From NCBI GenBank assembly GCA_964016885.1, contig OZ024744.1, forward strand, positions 119,722,001-119,786,000: a stretch of 64,000 nt of DNA. The letters run 5' to 3'. This document shows positions 26,001 to 39,900 of this stretch, one piece after another. The translations under genes were made by a program, and so were the position numbers. The notes beneath the pieces were generated by a model. That model was not told where the DNA came from, ran no database searches, and saw nothing but the letters and a program-made list of their open reading frames with translations. Each line of letters opens with the position of its first letter. Position 1 is the first letter of the stretch. The DNA comes from Eledone cirrhosa. Taxonomy: Eukaryota.

Positions 26001-27386
26001 TATCAGAGATATTCTTAATAGTGATCTCTCAATTCAGAGATTCTTTCCTGAGACATTCTAACTCCGTGTCCACAGTATCAGAGCTGTGATCTCTCAATTT
26101 AGAGATTCTTTCCTGAGATATTCTAACCACATGTCATAGTATTAGAGATGTGATCTCTCAATTCAGAGATTCTTTCCTGAGACATTCTAACCACATGTCT
26201 GTAGTATCAAAGCTGTATGCTCTCAATTCAGAGATTCTTTCCTGAGACATTCTAACCACATGTCATAGTAGCGGAGCTGTGATATCTCAATTCAGTGATT
26301 CTTTCCTGAGATATTCTAACCACATATCATAGTTTCAGAGCTGTGATCTCTCAATTCAGAGATTCTTTCCTGAGATATTCTAACCACATGTCTGTAGTAT
26401 CAGAGCTGTGATCTCTCAATTCAGAGATTCTTTCCTGAGACATTCTAACCACATGTCACAGTATCAGAGCTGTGATATCTCAATTCAGAGATTCTTTCCT
26501 GGGATATTCTAACCACATGTCATAGTATCAGAGCTGTGATCTCTCAATTCAGAGATTCTTTACTGAGATATTGTAACCACATGTCATAGTATCAGGGCTG
26601 TGATCTCTCAATTCAGAGATTCTTTCCTGGGATATTCGAACCACATGTCATAGTATCAGAGCTGTGATCTCTCAATTCAGAGATTCTATCCTGAGACATT
26701 CTAACCACATGTCATAGTATCAGAGCTGTGATCTCTCAATTCAGATATTCTTTCCTGAGACATTCTAACCACATGTCATATTATTAAAGCTGTGATCTCT
26801 CAATTCAGAGATTCTTTCCTGAGAAATTCTAACCTTATGTCTGTAGTATCAGAGCTGTGATCTCTCAATTCAGAGATTCTTTCCTGAGACATTCTAACCA
26901 CATGTCATAGTATCAGTGCTGTGATCTCTCAATTCAGAGATTCTTTCCTAAGATATTCTAACCACATGTCATAGTATCAGAGCTGTGATCTCTCAATTCA
27001 GAGATTCTTTCCTGGGATATTCTAACCACATGTCTTAATATCAGGGCTGTGATCTCTCAATTCAGAGATTCTTTCCTGAGACATTCTAACCAAATGTCAT
27101 AGTATCAGCGCTGTGATCTCTCAATTTAGGGATTCTTTCCTGAGACATTCTAACCACATGTCATAGTATCAGAGCTGTGATATCTCAATTCAGAGATTCT
27201 TTCCTGAGACATTCTAACCACATGTCATATTATTAGAGCTGTGATCTCTCAATTCAGATATTCTTTCCTGAGACATTCTTACCACATGTCATAGTATCAG
27301 AGCTGTGATCTCTCAATTTAGAGATTCTTTCCTGAGATATTCTAACCACATGTCATAGTATCAGAGCTGTGATCTCTCAATTCAGA
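14083..27386 (+). repeat. Tandem block duplication C (offset 6678): 14083-20708 and 20761-27386
   Basis: Rare markers CTTGTC at 14121 and 20799, GAATTC at 14278 and 20956, and X at 16428/23106 and 19319/25997 are all exactly 6678 apart. Confidence 0.92.
15750..20708 (+). repeat. Nested duplication D (45 monomers, offset 2891), first occurrence; its second copy is truncated by the C junction
   Basis: GATTCTTCC..TTTTAACCCC at 15761 and 18652, and X at 16428 and 19319, give offset 2891. TGTCTCTAG is shared by both copies. Confidence 0.85.
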
Positions 27387-27976
27387 GATTCTTTCCTGGG
27401 ATATTCTTACCACATGTCATAATATCAGAGCTGTGATCTCTCAATTCACATATTCTTTCCTGAGACATTCTAACCACATGTCAGAGGATCAGATTTGTGA
27501 TCTCTCAATTCAGAGATTCTTTCCTGAGATATTCTAACCACATGTAATACTATCAGAGCTGTGATCTCTCAATTCAGAGATTCTTTCCTGAGAACATCTA
27601 ACCACATGTCTGTAGTATCAGAGATGTGATCTCTCAATTCAGAGATTCTTTCCTGAGACATTCTAACCACATGTCACAGTATCAGTGCTGTGATCTCTCA
27701 ATTCAGAGATTCTTTCCTGGGATATTCTAACCACATGTCATAGTATCCGAGCTGTGATATCTCAATTCAGAGATTCTTTACTGAGATATTGTAACCACAT
27801 GTCATAGTATCAGGGCTGTGATCTCTCAATTCAGAGATTCTTTCCTGGGATATTCTTACCACATGTCATAATATCAGAGCTGTGATCTCTCAATTCACAT
27901 ATTCTTTCCTGAGACATTCTAACCACATGTCAGAGGATCAGATTTGTGATCTCTCAATTCAGAGATTCTTTCCTGA
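22428..27976 (+). repeat. Nested duplication D (offset 2891), second occurrence
   Basis: X at 23106 and 25997. Collinearity continues to ~25085 vs ~27976, with a substitution at 24831 vs 27722. Confidence 0.85.
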
Positions 27977-27979
27977 GAT

Positions 27980-30900
27980 ATTCTAACCACATGTCATAGT
28001 ATCAGAGCTGTGATCTCTCAATTCAGAGATTCTTTCCTGAGACATTCTAACCCCATGTCATAGTATCAGAGCTGTGATCTCTCAATTCAGAGATTCTTTC
28101 CTGAGACATTTTAACCACATGTCATACTATCAGAGCTGTGGTATCTCAATTCAGAGATTCTTTCCTGATATATTCTAACCACATGCCATAGTATCAGAGC
28201 TGTGATCTCTCAATTCAGAGATTCTTTCCTGAGATATTCTAACCACATGTCATAATATCAGAGCTGTGATCTCTCAATTCAGAGATTCTTCCTGAGACAT
28301 TTTAACCACATGTCATACTATCAGAGCTGTGATATCTCAATTCAGAGATTCTTTCCTGATATATTGTAACCACATGTCATAGTATCAGAGCTGTGATATC
28401 TCAATTCAGAGATTCTTTCCTGAGAACTTCTCACCACATGTCTGTAGTATCAGAGCTGTGATCTCTCAATTCAGAGATTTTTTCCTGAGACATTCTAACC
28501 ACATGTCATATTATTTAAGCTGTGATATCTCAATTCAGAGATTCTTTCCTGAGACATTCTAACCACATGTCATAGTATCAGAGCTGTGATATCTCCATAC
28601 AGAGATTCTTTCCTGATATATTCTAACCACATGTCATAGTATCAGAGCTGTGATATCTCAATTCAGAGATTCTTTCCTGAGAACTTCTAACCACATGTCT
28701 GTAGTATCAGAGCTGGGATCTCTAAATTCAGAGATTCTTTCCTGAGATATTCTTAACACATGTCATAGTATCAGAGCTGTGATCTCTCAATTCAGAGATT
28801 CTTTCCTGAGACATTCTAACCACATGTCATAGTATCAGAGCTGTGATCTCTCAATTCAGAGATTCTTTCCTGAGACATTCTAACCACATGTCATAGTATC
28901 AGAGCTGTGATCTCTCAATTCAGAGATTCTTTCCTGAGACATTCTAACCACATGTCATAGTAGCGGAGCTGTGATATCTCAATTCAGTGATTCTTTCCTG
29001 AGATATTCTAACCCCATATCATAGTATCGGAGCTGTGATCTCTCAATTCAGAGATTCTTTACTGAGATATTGTAACCACATGTCATAGTATCAGGGCTGT
29101 GATCTCTCAATTCAGAGATTCTTTCCTGGGATATTCGAACCACATGTCATAGTATCAGAGCTGTGATCTCTCAATTCAGAGATTCTATCCTGAGACATTC
29201 TAACCACATGTCATAGTATCAGAGCTGTGATCTCTCAATTCAGATATTCTTTCCTGAGACATTCTAACCACATGTCATATTATTAAAGCTGTGATCTCTC
29301 AATTCAGAGATACTTTCCTGAGAAATTCTAACCTTATGTCTGTAGTATCAGAGCTGTGATCTCTTAATTCAGAGATTCTTTCCTGAGATATTCTAACCAC
29401 ATGTAATACTATCAGAGCTGTGATCTCTCAATTCAGAGATTCTTTCCTGAGAACATCTAACCACATGTCTGTAGTATCAGAGCTGTGATCCCTCAATTCA
29501 GAGATTCTTTCCTGAGACATTCTAACCACATGTCACAGTATCAGTGCTGTGATCTCTCAATTCAGAGATTCTTTCCTGGGATATTCTAACCACATGTCAT
29601 AGTATCCGAGCTGTGATCTCTCAATTCAGAGATTCTTTACTGAGATATTGTAACCACATGTCATAGTATCAGGGCTGTGATCTCTCAATTCAGAGATTCT
29701 TTCCTGGGATATTCTTACCACATGTCATAATATCAGAGCTGTGATCTCTCAATTCACATATTCTTTCCTGAGACATTCTAACCACATATCAGAGGATCAG
29801 ATTTGTGATCTCTCAATTCAGAGATTCTTTCCTGAGACATTCTAACCCCATGTCATAGTATCAGAGCTGTGATCTCTCAATTCAGAGATTCTTTCCTGAG
29901 ACATTTTAACCACATGTCATACTATCAGAGCTGTGATATCTCAATTCAGAGATTCTTTCCTGAGAACTTCTCACCACATGTCTGTAGTATCAGAGCTGTG
30001 ATCTCTCAATTCAGAGATTATTTCCTGAGACATTCTAACCACATGTCATATTATTTAAGCTGTGATATCTCAATTCAGAGATTCTTTCCTGAGACATTCT
30101 AACCACATGTCATATTATCGGAGCTGTGATATCTCCATACAGAGATTCTTTCCTGATATATTCTAACCACATGTCATAGTATCAGAGCTGTGATATCTCA
30201 ATTCAGAGATTCTTTCCTGAGAACTTCTAACCACATGTCTGTAGTATCAGAGCTGTGATCTCTCAATTCAGAGATTCTTTCCTGAGATATTCTAAACACA
30301 TGTCATAGTATCAGAGCTGTGATCTCTCAATTCAGAGATTCTTTCCTGAGACATTCTAACCACATGTCATAGTATCAGAGCTGTGATCTCTCAATTCAGA
30401 GATTCTTTCCTGGGATATTCTAACCACATGTCTTAATATCAGGGCTGTGATCTCTCAATTCAGAGATTCTTTCCTGAGACATTCTAACCACATGTCATAG
30501 TATCAGCGCTGTGATCTCTCAATTTAGGGATTCTTTCCTGAGACATTCTAACCACATGTCATAGTATCAGAGCTGTGATATCTCAATTCAGAGATTCTTT
30601 CCTGAGACATTCTAACCACATGTCATATTATTAGAGCTGTGATCTCTCAATTCAGATATTCTTTCCTAAGACATTCTTACCACATGTCATAGTATCAGAG
30701 CTGTGATCTCTCAATTTAGAGATTCTTTCCTGAGATATTCTAACCACATGTCATAGTATCAGAGCTGTGATCTCTCAATTCAGAGATTCTTTCCTGGGAT
30801 ATTCTTACCACATGTCATAATATCAGAGCTGTGATCTCTCAATTCACATATTCTTTCCTGAGACATTCTAACCACATGTCAGAGGATCAGATTTGTGATC

Positions 30901-33900
30901 TCTCAATTCAGAGATTCTTTCCTGAGATATTCTAACCACATGTAATACTATCAGAGCTGTGATCTCTCAATTCAGAGATTCTTTCCTGAGAACATCTAAC
31001 CACATGTCTGTAGTATCAGAGATGTGATCTCTCAATTCAGAGATTCTTTCCTGAGACATTCTAACCACATGTCACAGTATCAGTGCTGTGATCTCTCAAT
31101 TCAGAGATTCTTTCCTGGGAAATTCTAGCCACATGTCATAGTATCCGAGCTGTGATATCTCAATTCAGAGATTCTTTACTGAAATATTGTAACCACATGT
31201 CATAGTATCAGGGCTGTGATCTCTCAATTCAGAGATTCTTTCCTGGGATATTCTTACCACATGTGATAATATCAGAGCTGTGATCTCTCAATTCACATAT
31301 TCTTTCCTGAGACATTCTAACCACATGTCAGAGGATCAGATTTGTGATCTCTCAATTCAGAGATTCTTTCCTGAGATATTCTAACCACATGTCATAGTAT
31401 CAGAGCTGTGATCTCTCAATTCAGAGATTCTTTCCTGAGACATTCTAACCCCATGTCATAGTATCCGAGCTGTGATCTCTCAATTCAGAGATTCTTTCCT
31501 GAGACATTTTAACCACATGTCATACTATCAGAGCTGTGATTTCTCAATTCAGAGATTCTTTCCTGATATATTCTAATCACATGCCATAGTATCAGAGCTG
31601 TGATCTCTCAATTCAGAGATTCTTTCCTGAGATATTCTAACCACATGTCATAATATCAGAGCTGTGATCTCTCAATTCAGAGATTCTTCCTGAGACATTT
31701 TAACCACATGTCATACTATCAGAGCTGTGATATCTCAATTCAGAGATTCTTTCCTGATATATTGTAACCACATGTCATAGTATCAGAGCTGTGATATCTC
31801 AATTCAGAGATTCTTTCCTGAGACATTCTAACCACATGTCATAGTATCAGAGCTGTGATATCTCCATACAGAGATTCTTTCCTGATATATTCTAACCACA
31901 TGTCATAATATCAGAGCTGTGATATCTCAATTCAGAGATTCTTTCCTGAGAACTTCTAACCACATGTCTGTAGTATCAGAGCTGTGATCTCTCAATTCAG
32001 AGATTCTTTCCTGAGATATTCTAAACACATGTCATAGTATCAGAGCTGTGATCTCTCAATTCAGAGATTCTTTCCTGAGACATTCTAACCACATGTCATA
32101 GTATCAGAGCTGTGATCTCTCAATTCAGAGATTCTTTCCTGAGACATTCTAACCACATATCATAGTATCAGAGCTGTGATCTCTCAATTCAGAGATTCTT
32201 TCCTGAGACATTCTAACCACATGTCATAGTAGCGGAGCTGTGATATCTCAATTCAGTGATTCTTTCCTGAGATATTCTAACCCCATATCATAGTATCAGA
32301 GCTGTGATCTCTCAATTCAGAGATTCTTTACTGAGATATTGTAACCACATGTCATAGTATCAGGGCTGTGATCTCTCAATTCAGAGATTCTTTCCTGGGA
32401 TATTCGAACCACATGTCATAGTATCAGAGCTGTGATCTCTCAATTCAGAGATTCTATCCTGAGACATTCTAACCACATGTCATAGTATCAGAGCTGTGAT
32501 CTCTCAATTCAGATATTCTTTCCTGAGACATTCTAACCACATGTCATATTATTAAAGCTGTGATCTCTCAATTCAGAGATACTTTCCTGAGAAATTCTAA
32601 CCTTATGTCTGTAGTATCAGAGCTGTGATCTCTTAATTCAGAGATTCTTTCCTGAGATATTCTAACCACATGTAATACTATCAGAGCTGTGATCTCTCAA
32701 TTCAGAGATTCTTTCCTGAGAACATCTAACCACATGTCTGTAGTATCAGAGCTGTGATCCCTCAATTCAGAGATTCTTTCCTGAGACATTCTAACCACAT
32801 GTCACAGTATCAGTGCTGTGATCTCTCAATTCAGAGATTCTTTCCTGGGATATTCTAACCACATGTCATAGTATCAGAGCTGTGATCTCTCAATTCAGAG
32901 ATTCTTTACTGAGATATTGTAACCACATGTCATAGTATCAGGGCTGTGATCTCTCAATTCAGAGATTCTTTCCTGGGATATTCTTACCACATGTCATAAT
33001 ATCAGAGCTGTGATCTCTCAATTCACATATTCTTTCCTGAGACATTCTAACCACATGTCAGAGGATCAGATTTGTGATCTCTCAATTCAGAGATTCTTTC
33101 CTGAGATATTCTAACCACATGTCATAGTATGAGAGCTGTGATCTCTCAATTCAGAGATTCTTTCCTGAGACATTCTAACCCCATGTCATAGTATCAGAGC
33201 TGTGATCTCTCAATTCAGAGATTCTTTCCTGAGGCATTTTAACCACATGTCATACTATCAGAGCTGTGATATCTCAATTCAGAGATTCTTTCCTGAGAAC
33301 TTCTCACCACATGTCTGTAGTATCAGAGCTGTGATCTCTCAATTCAGAGATTTTTTCCTGAGACATTCTAACCACATGTCATATTATTTAAGCTGTGATA
33401 TCTCAATTCAGAGATTCTTTCCTGAGACATTCTAACCACATGTCATAGTATCGGAGCTGTGATATCTCCATACAGAGATTCTTTCCTGATATATTCTAAC
33501 CACATGTCATAGTATCAGAGCTGTGATATCTCAATTCAGAGATTCTTTCCTGAGAACTTCTAACCACATGTCTGTAGTATCAGAGCTGTGATCTCTCAAT
33601 TCAGAGATTCTTTCCTGAGATATTCTAAACACATGTCATAGTATCAGAGCTGTGATCTCTCAATTCAGAGATTCTTTCCTGAGACATTCTAACCACATGT
33701 CATAGTATCAGAGCTGTGATCTCTCAATTCAGAGATTCTTTCCTGAGACATTCTAACCACATGTCATAGTATCAGAGCTGTGATCTCTCAATTCAGAGAT
33801 TCTTTCCTGAGACATTCTAACCACATGTATCAGAGATATTCTTAATAGTGATCTCTCAATTCAGAGATTCTTTCCTGAGACATTCTAACTCCGTGTCCAC

Positions 33901-36900
33901 AGTATCAGTGCTGTGATCTCTCAATTTAGAGATTCTTTCCTGAGATATTCTAACCACATGTCATAGTATTAGAGATGTGATCTCTCAATTCAGAGATTCT
34001 TTCCTGAGACATTCTAACCACATGTCTGTAGTATCAAAGCTGTATGCTCTCAATTCAGAGATTCTTTCCTGAGACATTCTAACCACATGTCATAGTAGCG
34101 GAGCTGTGATATCTCAATTCAGTGATTCTTTCCTGAGATATTCTAACCACATATCATAGTATCAGAGCTGTGATCTCTCAATTCAGAGATTCTTTCCTGA
34201 GATATTCTAACCACATGTCTGTAGTATCAGAGCTGTGATCTCTCAATTCAGAGATTCTTTCCTGAGACATTCTAACCACATGTCACAGTATCAGAGCTGT
34301 GATATCTCAATTCAGAGATTCTTTACTGAGATATTGTAACCACATGTCATAGTATCAGGGCTGCGATCTCTCAATTCAGAGATTCTTTCCTGGGATATTC
34401 GAACCACATGTCATAGTATCAGAGCTGTGATCTCTCAATTCAGAGATTCTATCCTGACACATTCTAACCACATGTCATAGTATCAGAGCTGTGATCTCTC
34501 AATTCAGATATTCTTTCCTGAGACATTCTAACCACATGTCATATTATTAAAGCTGTGATCTCTCAATTCAGAGATTCTTTCCTGAGAAATTCTAACCTTA
34601 TGTCTGTAGTATCAGAGCTGTGATCTCTCAATTCAGAGATTCTTTCCTGAGACATTCTAACCACATGTCATAGTATCAGTGCTGTGATCTCTCAATTCAG
34701 AGATTCTTTCCTAAGATATTCTAACCACATGTCATATTATCAGAGCTGTGATCTCTCAATTCAGAGATTCTTTCCTGGGATATTCTAACCACATGTCTTA
34801 ATATCAGGGCTGTGATCTCTCAATTCAGAGATTCTTTCCTGAGACATTCTAACCACATGTCATAGTATCAGCGCTGTGATCTCTCAATTTAGGGATTCTT
34901 TCCTGAGACATTCTAACCACATGTCATAGTATCAGAGCTGTGATATCTCAATTCAGAGATTCTTTCCTGAGACATTCTAACCACATGTCATATTATTAGA
35001 GCTGTGATCTCTCAATTCAGATATTCTTTCCTGAGACATTCTTACCACATGTCATAGTATCAGAGCTGTGATCTCTCAATTTAGAGATTCTTTCCTGAGA
35101 TATTCTAACCACATGTCATAGTATCAGAGCTGTGTTCTCTCAATTCAGAGATACTTTCCTGGGATATTCTTACCACATGTCATAATATCAGAGCTGTGAT
35201 CTCTCAATTCACATATTCTTTCCTGAGACATTCTAACCACATGTCAGAGGATCAGATTTGTGATGTCTCAATTCAGAGATTCTTTCCTGAGATATTCTAA
35301 CCACATGTAATACTATCAGAGCTGTGATCTCTCAATTCAGAGATTCTTTCCTGAGAACATCTAACCACATGTCTGTAGTATCAGAGCTGTGATCCCTCAA
35401 TTCAGAGATTCTTTCCTGAGACATTCTAACCACATGTCATAGTATCAGAGCTGTGATCTCTCAATTCAGAGATTCTTTCCTGAGACATTCTAACCCCATG
35501 TCATAGTATCAGAGCTGTGATCTCTCAATTCAGAGATTCTTTCCTGAGACATTTTAACCACATGTCATACTATCAGAGCTGTGGTATCTCAATTCAGAGA
35601 TTCTTTCCTGATATATTCTAACCACATGCCATAGTATCAGAGCTGTGATCTCTCAATTCAGAGATTCTTTCCTGAGATATTCTAACCACATGTCATAATA
35701 TCAGAGCTGTGATCTCTCAATTCAGAGATTCTTCCTGAGACATTTTAACCACATGTCATACTATCAGAGCTGTGATATCTCAATTCAGAGATTCTTTCCT
35801 GATATATTGTAACCACATGTCATAGTATCAGAGCTGTGATATCTCAATTCAGAGATTCTTTCCTGAGAACTTCTCACCACATGTCTGTAGTATCAGAGCT
35901 GTGATCTCTCAATTCAGAGATTTTTTCCTGAGACATTCTAACCACATGTCATATTATTTAAGCTGTGATATCTCAATTCAGAGATTCTTTCCTGAGACAT
36001 TCTAACCACATGTCATAGTATCAGAGCTGTGATATCTCCATACAGAGATTCTTTCCTGATATATTCTAACCACATGTCATAGTATCAGAGCTGTGATATC
36101 TCAATTCAGAGATTCTTTCCTGAGAACTTCTAACCACATGTCTGTAGTATCAGAGCTGGGATCTCTAAATTCAGAGATTCTTTCCTGAGATATTCTTAAC
36201 ACATGTCATAGTATCAGAGCTGTGATCTCTCAATTCAGAGATTCTTTCCTGAGACATTCTAACCACATGTCATAGTATCAGAGCTGTGATCTCTCAATTC
36301 AGAGATTCTTTCCTGAGACATTCTAACCACATGTCATAGTATCAGAGCTGTGATCTCTCAATTCAGAGATTCTTTCCTGAGACATTCTAACCACATGTCA
36401 TAGTAGCGGAGCTGTGATATCTCAATTCAGTGATTCTTTCCTGAGATATTCTAACCCCATATCATAGTATCGGAGCTGTGATCTCTCAATTCAGAGATTC
36501 TTTACTGAGATATTGTAACCACATGTCATAGTATCAGGGCTGTGATCTCTCAATTCAGAGATTCTTTCCTGGGATATTCGAACCACATGTCATAGTATCA
36601 GAGCTGTGATCTCTCAATTCAGAGATTCTATCCTGAGACATTCTAACCACATGTCATAGTATCAGAGCTGTGATCTCTCAATTCAGATATTCTTTCCTGA
36701 GACATTCTAACCACATGTCATATTATTAAAGCTGTGATCTCTCAATTCAGAGATACTTTCCTGAGAAATTCTAACCTTATGTCTGTAGTATCAGAGCTGT
36801 GATCTCTTAATTCAGAGATTCTTTCCTGAGATATTCTAACCACATGTAATACTATCAGAGCTGTGATCTCTCAATTCAGAGATTCTTTCCTGAGAACATC

Positions 36901-39900
36901 TAACCACATGTCTGTAGTATCAGAGCTGTGATCCCTCAATTCAGAGATTCTTTCCTGAGACATTCTAACCACATGTCACAGTATCAGTGCTGTGATCTCT
37001 CAATTCAGAGATTCTTTCCTGGGATATTCTAACCACATGTCATAGTATCCGAGCTGTGATCTCTCAATTCAGAGATTCTTTACTGAGATATTGTAACCAC
37101 ATGTCATAGTATCAGGGCTGTGATCTCTCAATTCAGAGATTCTTTCCTGGGATATTCTTACCACATGTCATAATATCAGAGCTGTGATCTCTCAATTCAC
37201 ATATTCTTTCCTGAGACATTCTAACCACATATCAGAGGATCAGATTTGTGATCTCTCAATTCAGAGATTCTTTCCTGAGACATTCTAACCCCATGTCATA
37301 GTATCAGAGCTGTGATCTCTCAATTCAGAGATTCTTTCCTGAGACATTTTAACCACATGTCATACTATCAGAGCTGTGATATCTCAATTCAGAGATTCTT
37401 TCCTGAGAACTTCTCACCACATGTCTGTAGTATCAGAGCTGTGATCTCTCAATTCAGAGATTATTTCCTGAGACATTCTAACCACATGTCATATTATTTA
37501 AGCTGTGATATCTCAATTCAGAGATTCTTTCCTGAGACATTCTAACCACATGTCATATTATCGGAGCTGTGATATCTCCATACAGAGATTCTTTCCTGAT
37601 ATATTCTAACCACATGTCATAGTATCAGAGCTGTGATATCTCAATTCAGAGATTCTTTCCTGAGAACTTCTAACCACATGTCTGTAGTATCAGAGCTGTG
37701 ATCTCTCAATTCAGAGATTCTTTCCTGAGATATTCTAAACACATGTCATAGTATCAGAGCTGTGATCTCTCAATTCAGAGATTCTTTCCTGAGACATTCT
37801 AACCACATGTCATAGTATCAGAGCTGTGATCTCTCAATTCAGAGATTCTTTCCTGGGATATTCTAACCACATGTCTTAATATCAGGGCTGTGATCTCTCA
37901 ATTCAGAGATTCTTTCCTGAGACATTCTAACCACATGTCATAGTATCAGCGCTGTGATCTCTCAATTTAGGGATTCTTTCCTGAGACATTCTAACCACAT
38001 GTCATAGTATCAGAGCTGTGATATCTCAATTCAGAGATTCTTTCCTGAGACATTCTAACCACATGTCATATTATTAGAGCTGTGATCTCTCAATTCAGAT
38101 ATTCTTTCCTAAGACATTCTTACCACATGTCATAGTATCAGAGCTGTGATCTCTCAATTTAGAGATTCTTTCCTGAGATATTCTAACCACATGTCATAGT
38201 ATCAGAGCTGTGATCTCTCAATTCAGAGATTCTTTCCTGGGATATTCTTACCACATGTCATAATATCAGAGCTGTGATCTCTCAATTCACATATTCTTTC
38301 CTGAGACATTCTAACCACATGTCAGAGGATCAGATTTGTGATCTCTCAATTCAGAGATTCTTTCCTGAGATATTCTAACCACATGTAATACTATCAGAGC
38401 TGTGATCTCTCAATTCAGAGATTCTTTCCTGAGAACATCTAACCACATGTCTGTAGTATCAGAGATGTGATCTCTCAATTCAGAGATTCTTTCCTGAGAC
38501 ATTCTAACCACATGTCACAGTATCAGTGCTGTGATCTCTCAATTCAGAGATTCTTTCCTGGGAAATTCTAGCCACATGTCATAGTATCCGAGCTGTGATA
38601 TCTCAATTCAGAGATTCTTTACTGAAATATTGTAACCACATGTCATAGTATCAGGGCTGTGATCTCTCAATTCAGAGATTCTTTCCTGGGATATTCTTAC
38701 CACATGTGATAATATCAGAGCTGTGATCTCTCAATTCACATATTCTTTCCTGAGACATTCTAACCACATGTCAGAGGATCAGATTTGTGATCTCTCAATT
38801 CAGAGATTCTTTCCTGAGATATTCTAACCACATGTCATAGTATCAGAGCTGTGATCTCTCAATTCAGAGATTCTTTCCTGAGACATTCTAACCCCATGTC
38901 ATAGTATCCGAGCTGTGATCTCTCAATTCAGAGATTCTTTCCTGAGACATTTTAACCACATGTCATACTATCAGAGCTGTGATTTCTCAATTCAGAGATT
39001 CTTTCCTGATATATTCTAATCACATGCCATAGTATCAGAGCTGTGATCTCTCAATTCAGAGATTCTTTCCTGAGATATTCTAACCACATGTCATAATATC
39101 AGAGCTGTGATCTCTCAATTCAGAGATTCTTCCTGAGACATTTTAACCACATGTCATACTATCAGAGCTGTGATATCTCAATTCAGAGATTCTTTCCTGA
39201 TATATTGTAACCACATGTCATAGTATCAGAGCTGTGATATCTCAATTCAGAGATTCTTTCCTGAGACATTCTAACCACATGTCATAGTATCAGAGCTGTG
39301 ATATCTCCATACAGAGATTCTTTCCTGATATATTCTAACCACATGTCATAATATCAGAGCTGTGATATCTCAATTCAGAGATTCTTTCCTGAGAACTTCT
39401 AACCACATGTCTGTAGTATCAGAGCTGTGATCTCTCAATTCAGAGATTCTTTCCTGAGATATTCTAAACACATGTCATAGTATCAGAGCTGTGATCTCTC
39501 AATTCAGAGATTCTTTCCTGAGACATTCTAACCACATGTCATAGTATCAGAGCTGTGATCTCTCAATTCAGAGATTCTTTCCTGAGACATTCTAACCACA
39601 TATCATAGTATCAGAGCTGTGATCTCTCAATTCAGAGATTCTTTCCTGAGACATTCTAACCACATGTCATAGTAGCGGAGCTGTGATATCTCAATTCAGT
39701 GATTCTTTCCTGAGATATTCTAACCCCATATCATAGTATCAGAGCTGTGATCTCTCAATTCAGAGATTCTTTACTGAGATATTGTAACCACATGTCATAG
39801 TATCAGGGCTGTGATCTCTCAATTCAGAGATTCTTTCCTGGGATATTCGAACCACATGTCATAGTATCAGAGCTGTGATCTCTCAATTCAGAGATTCTAT

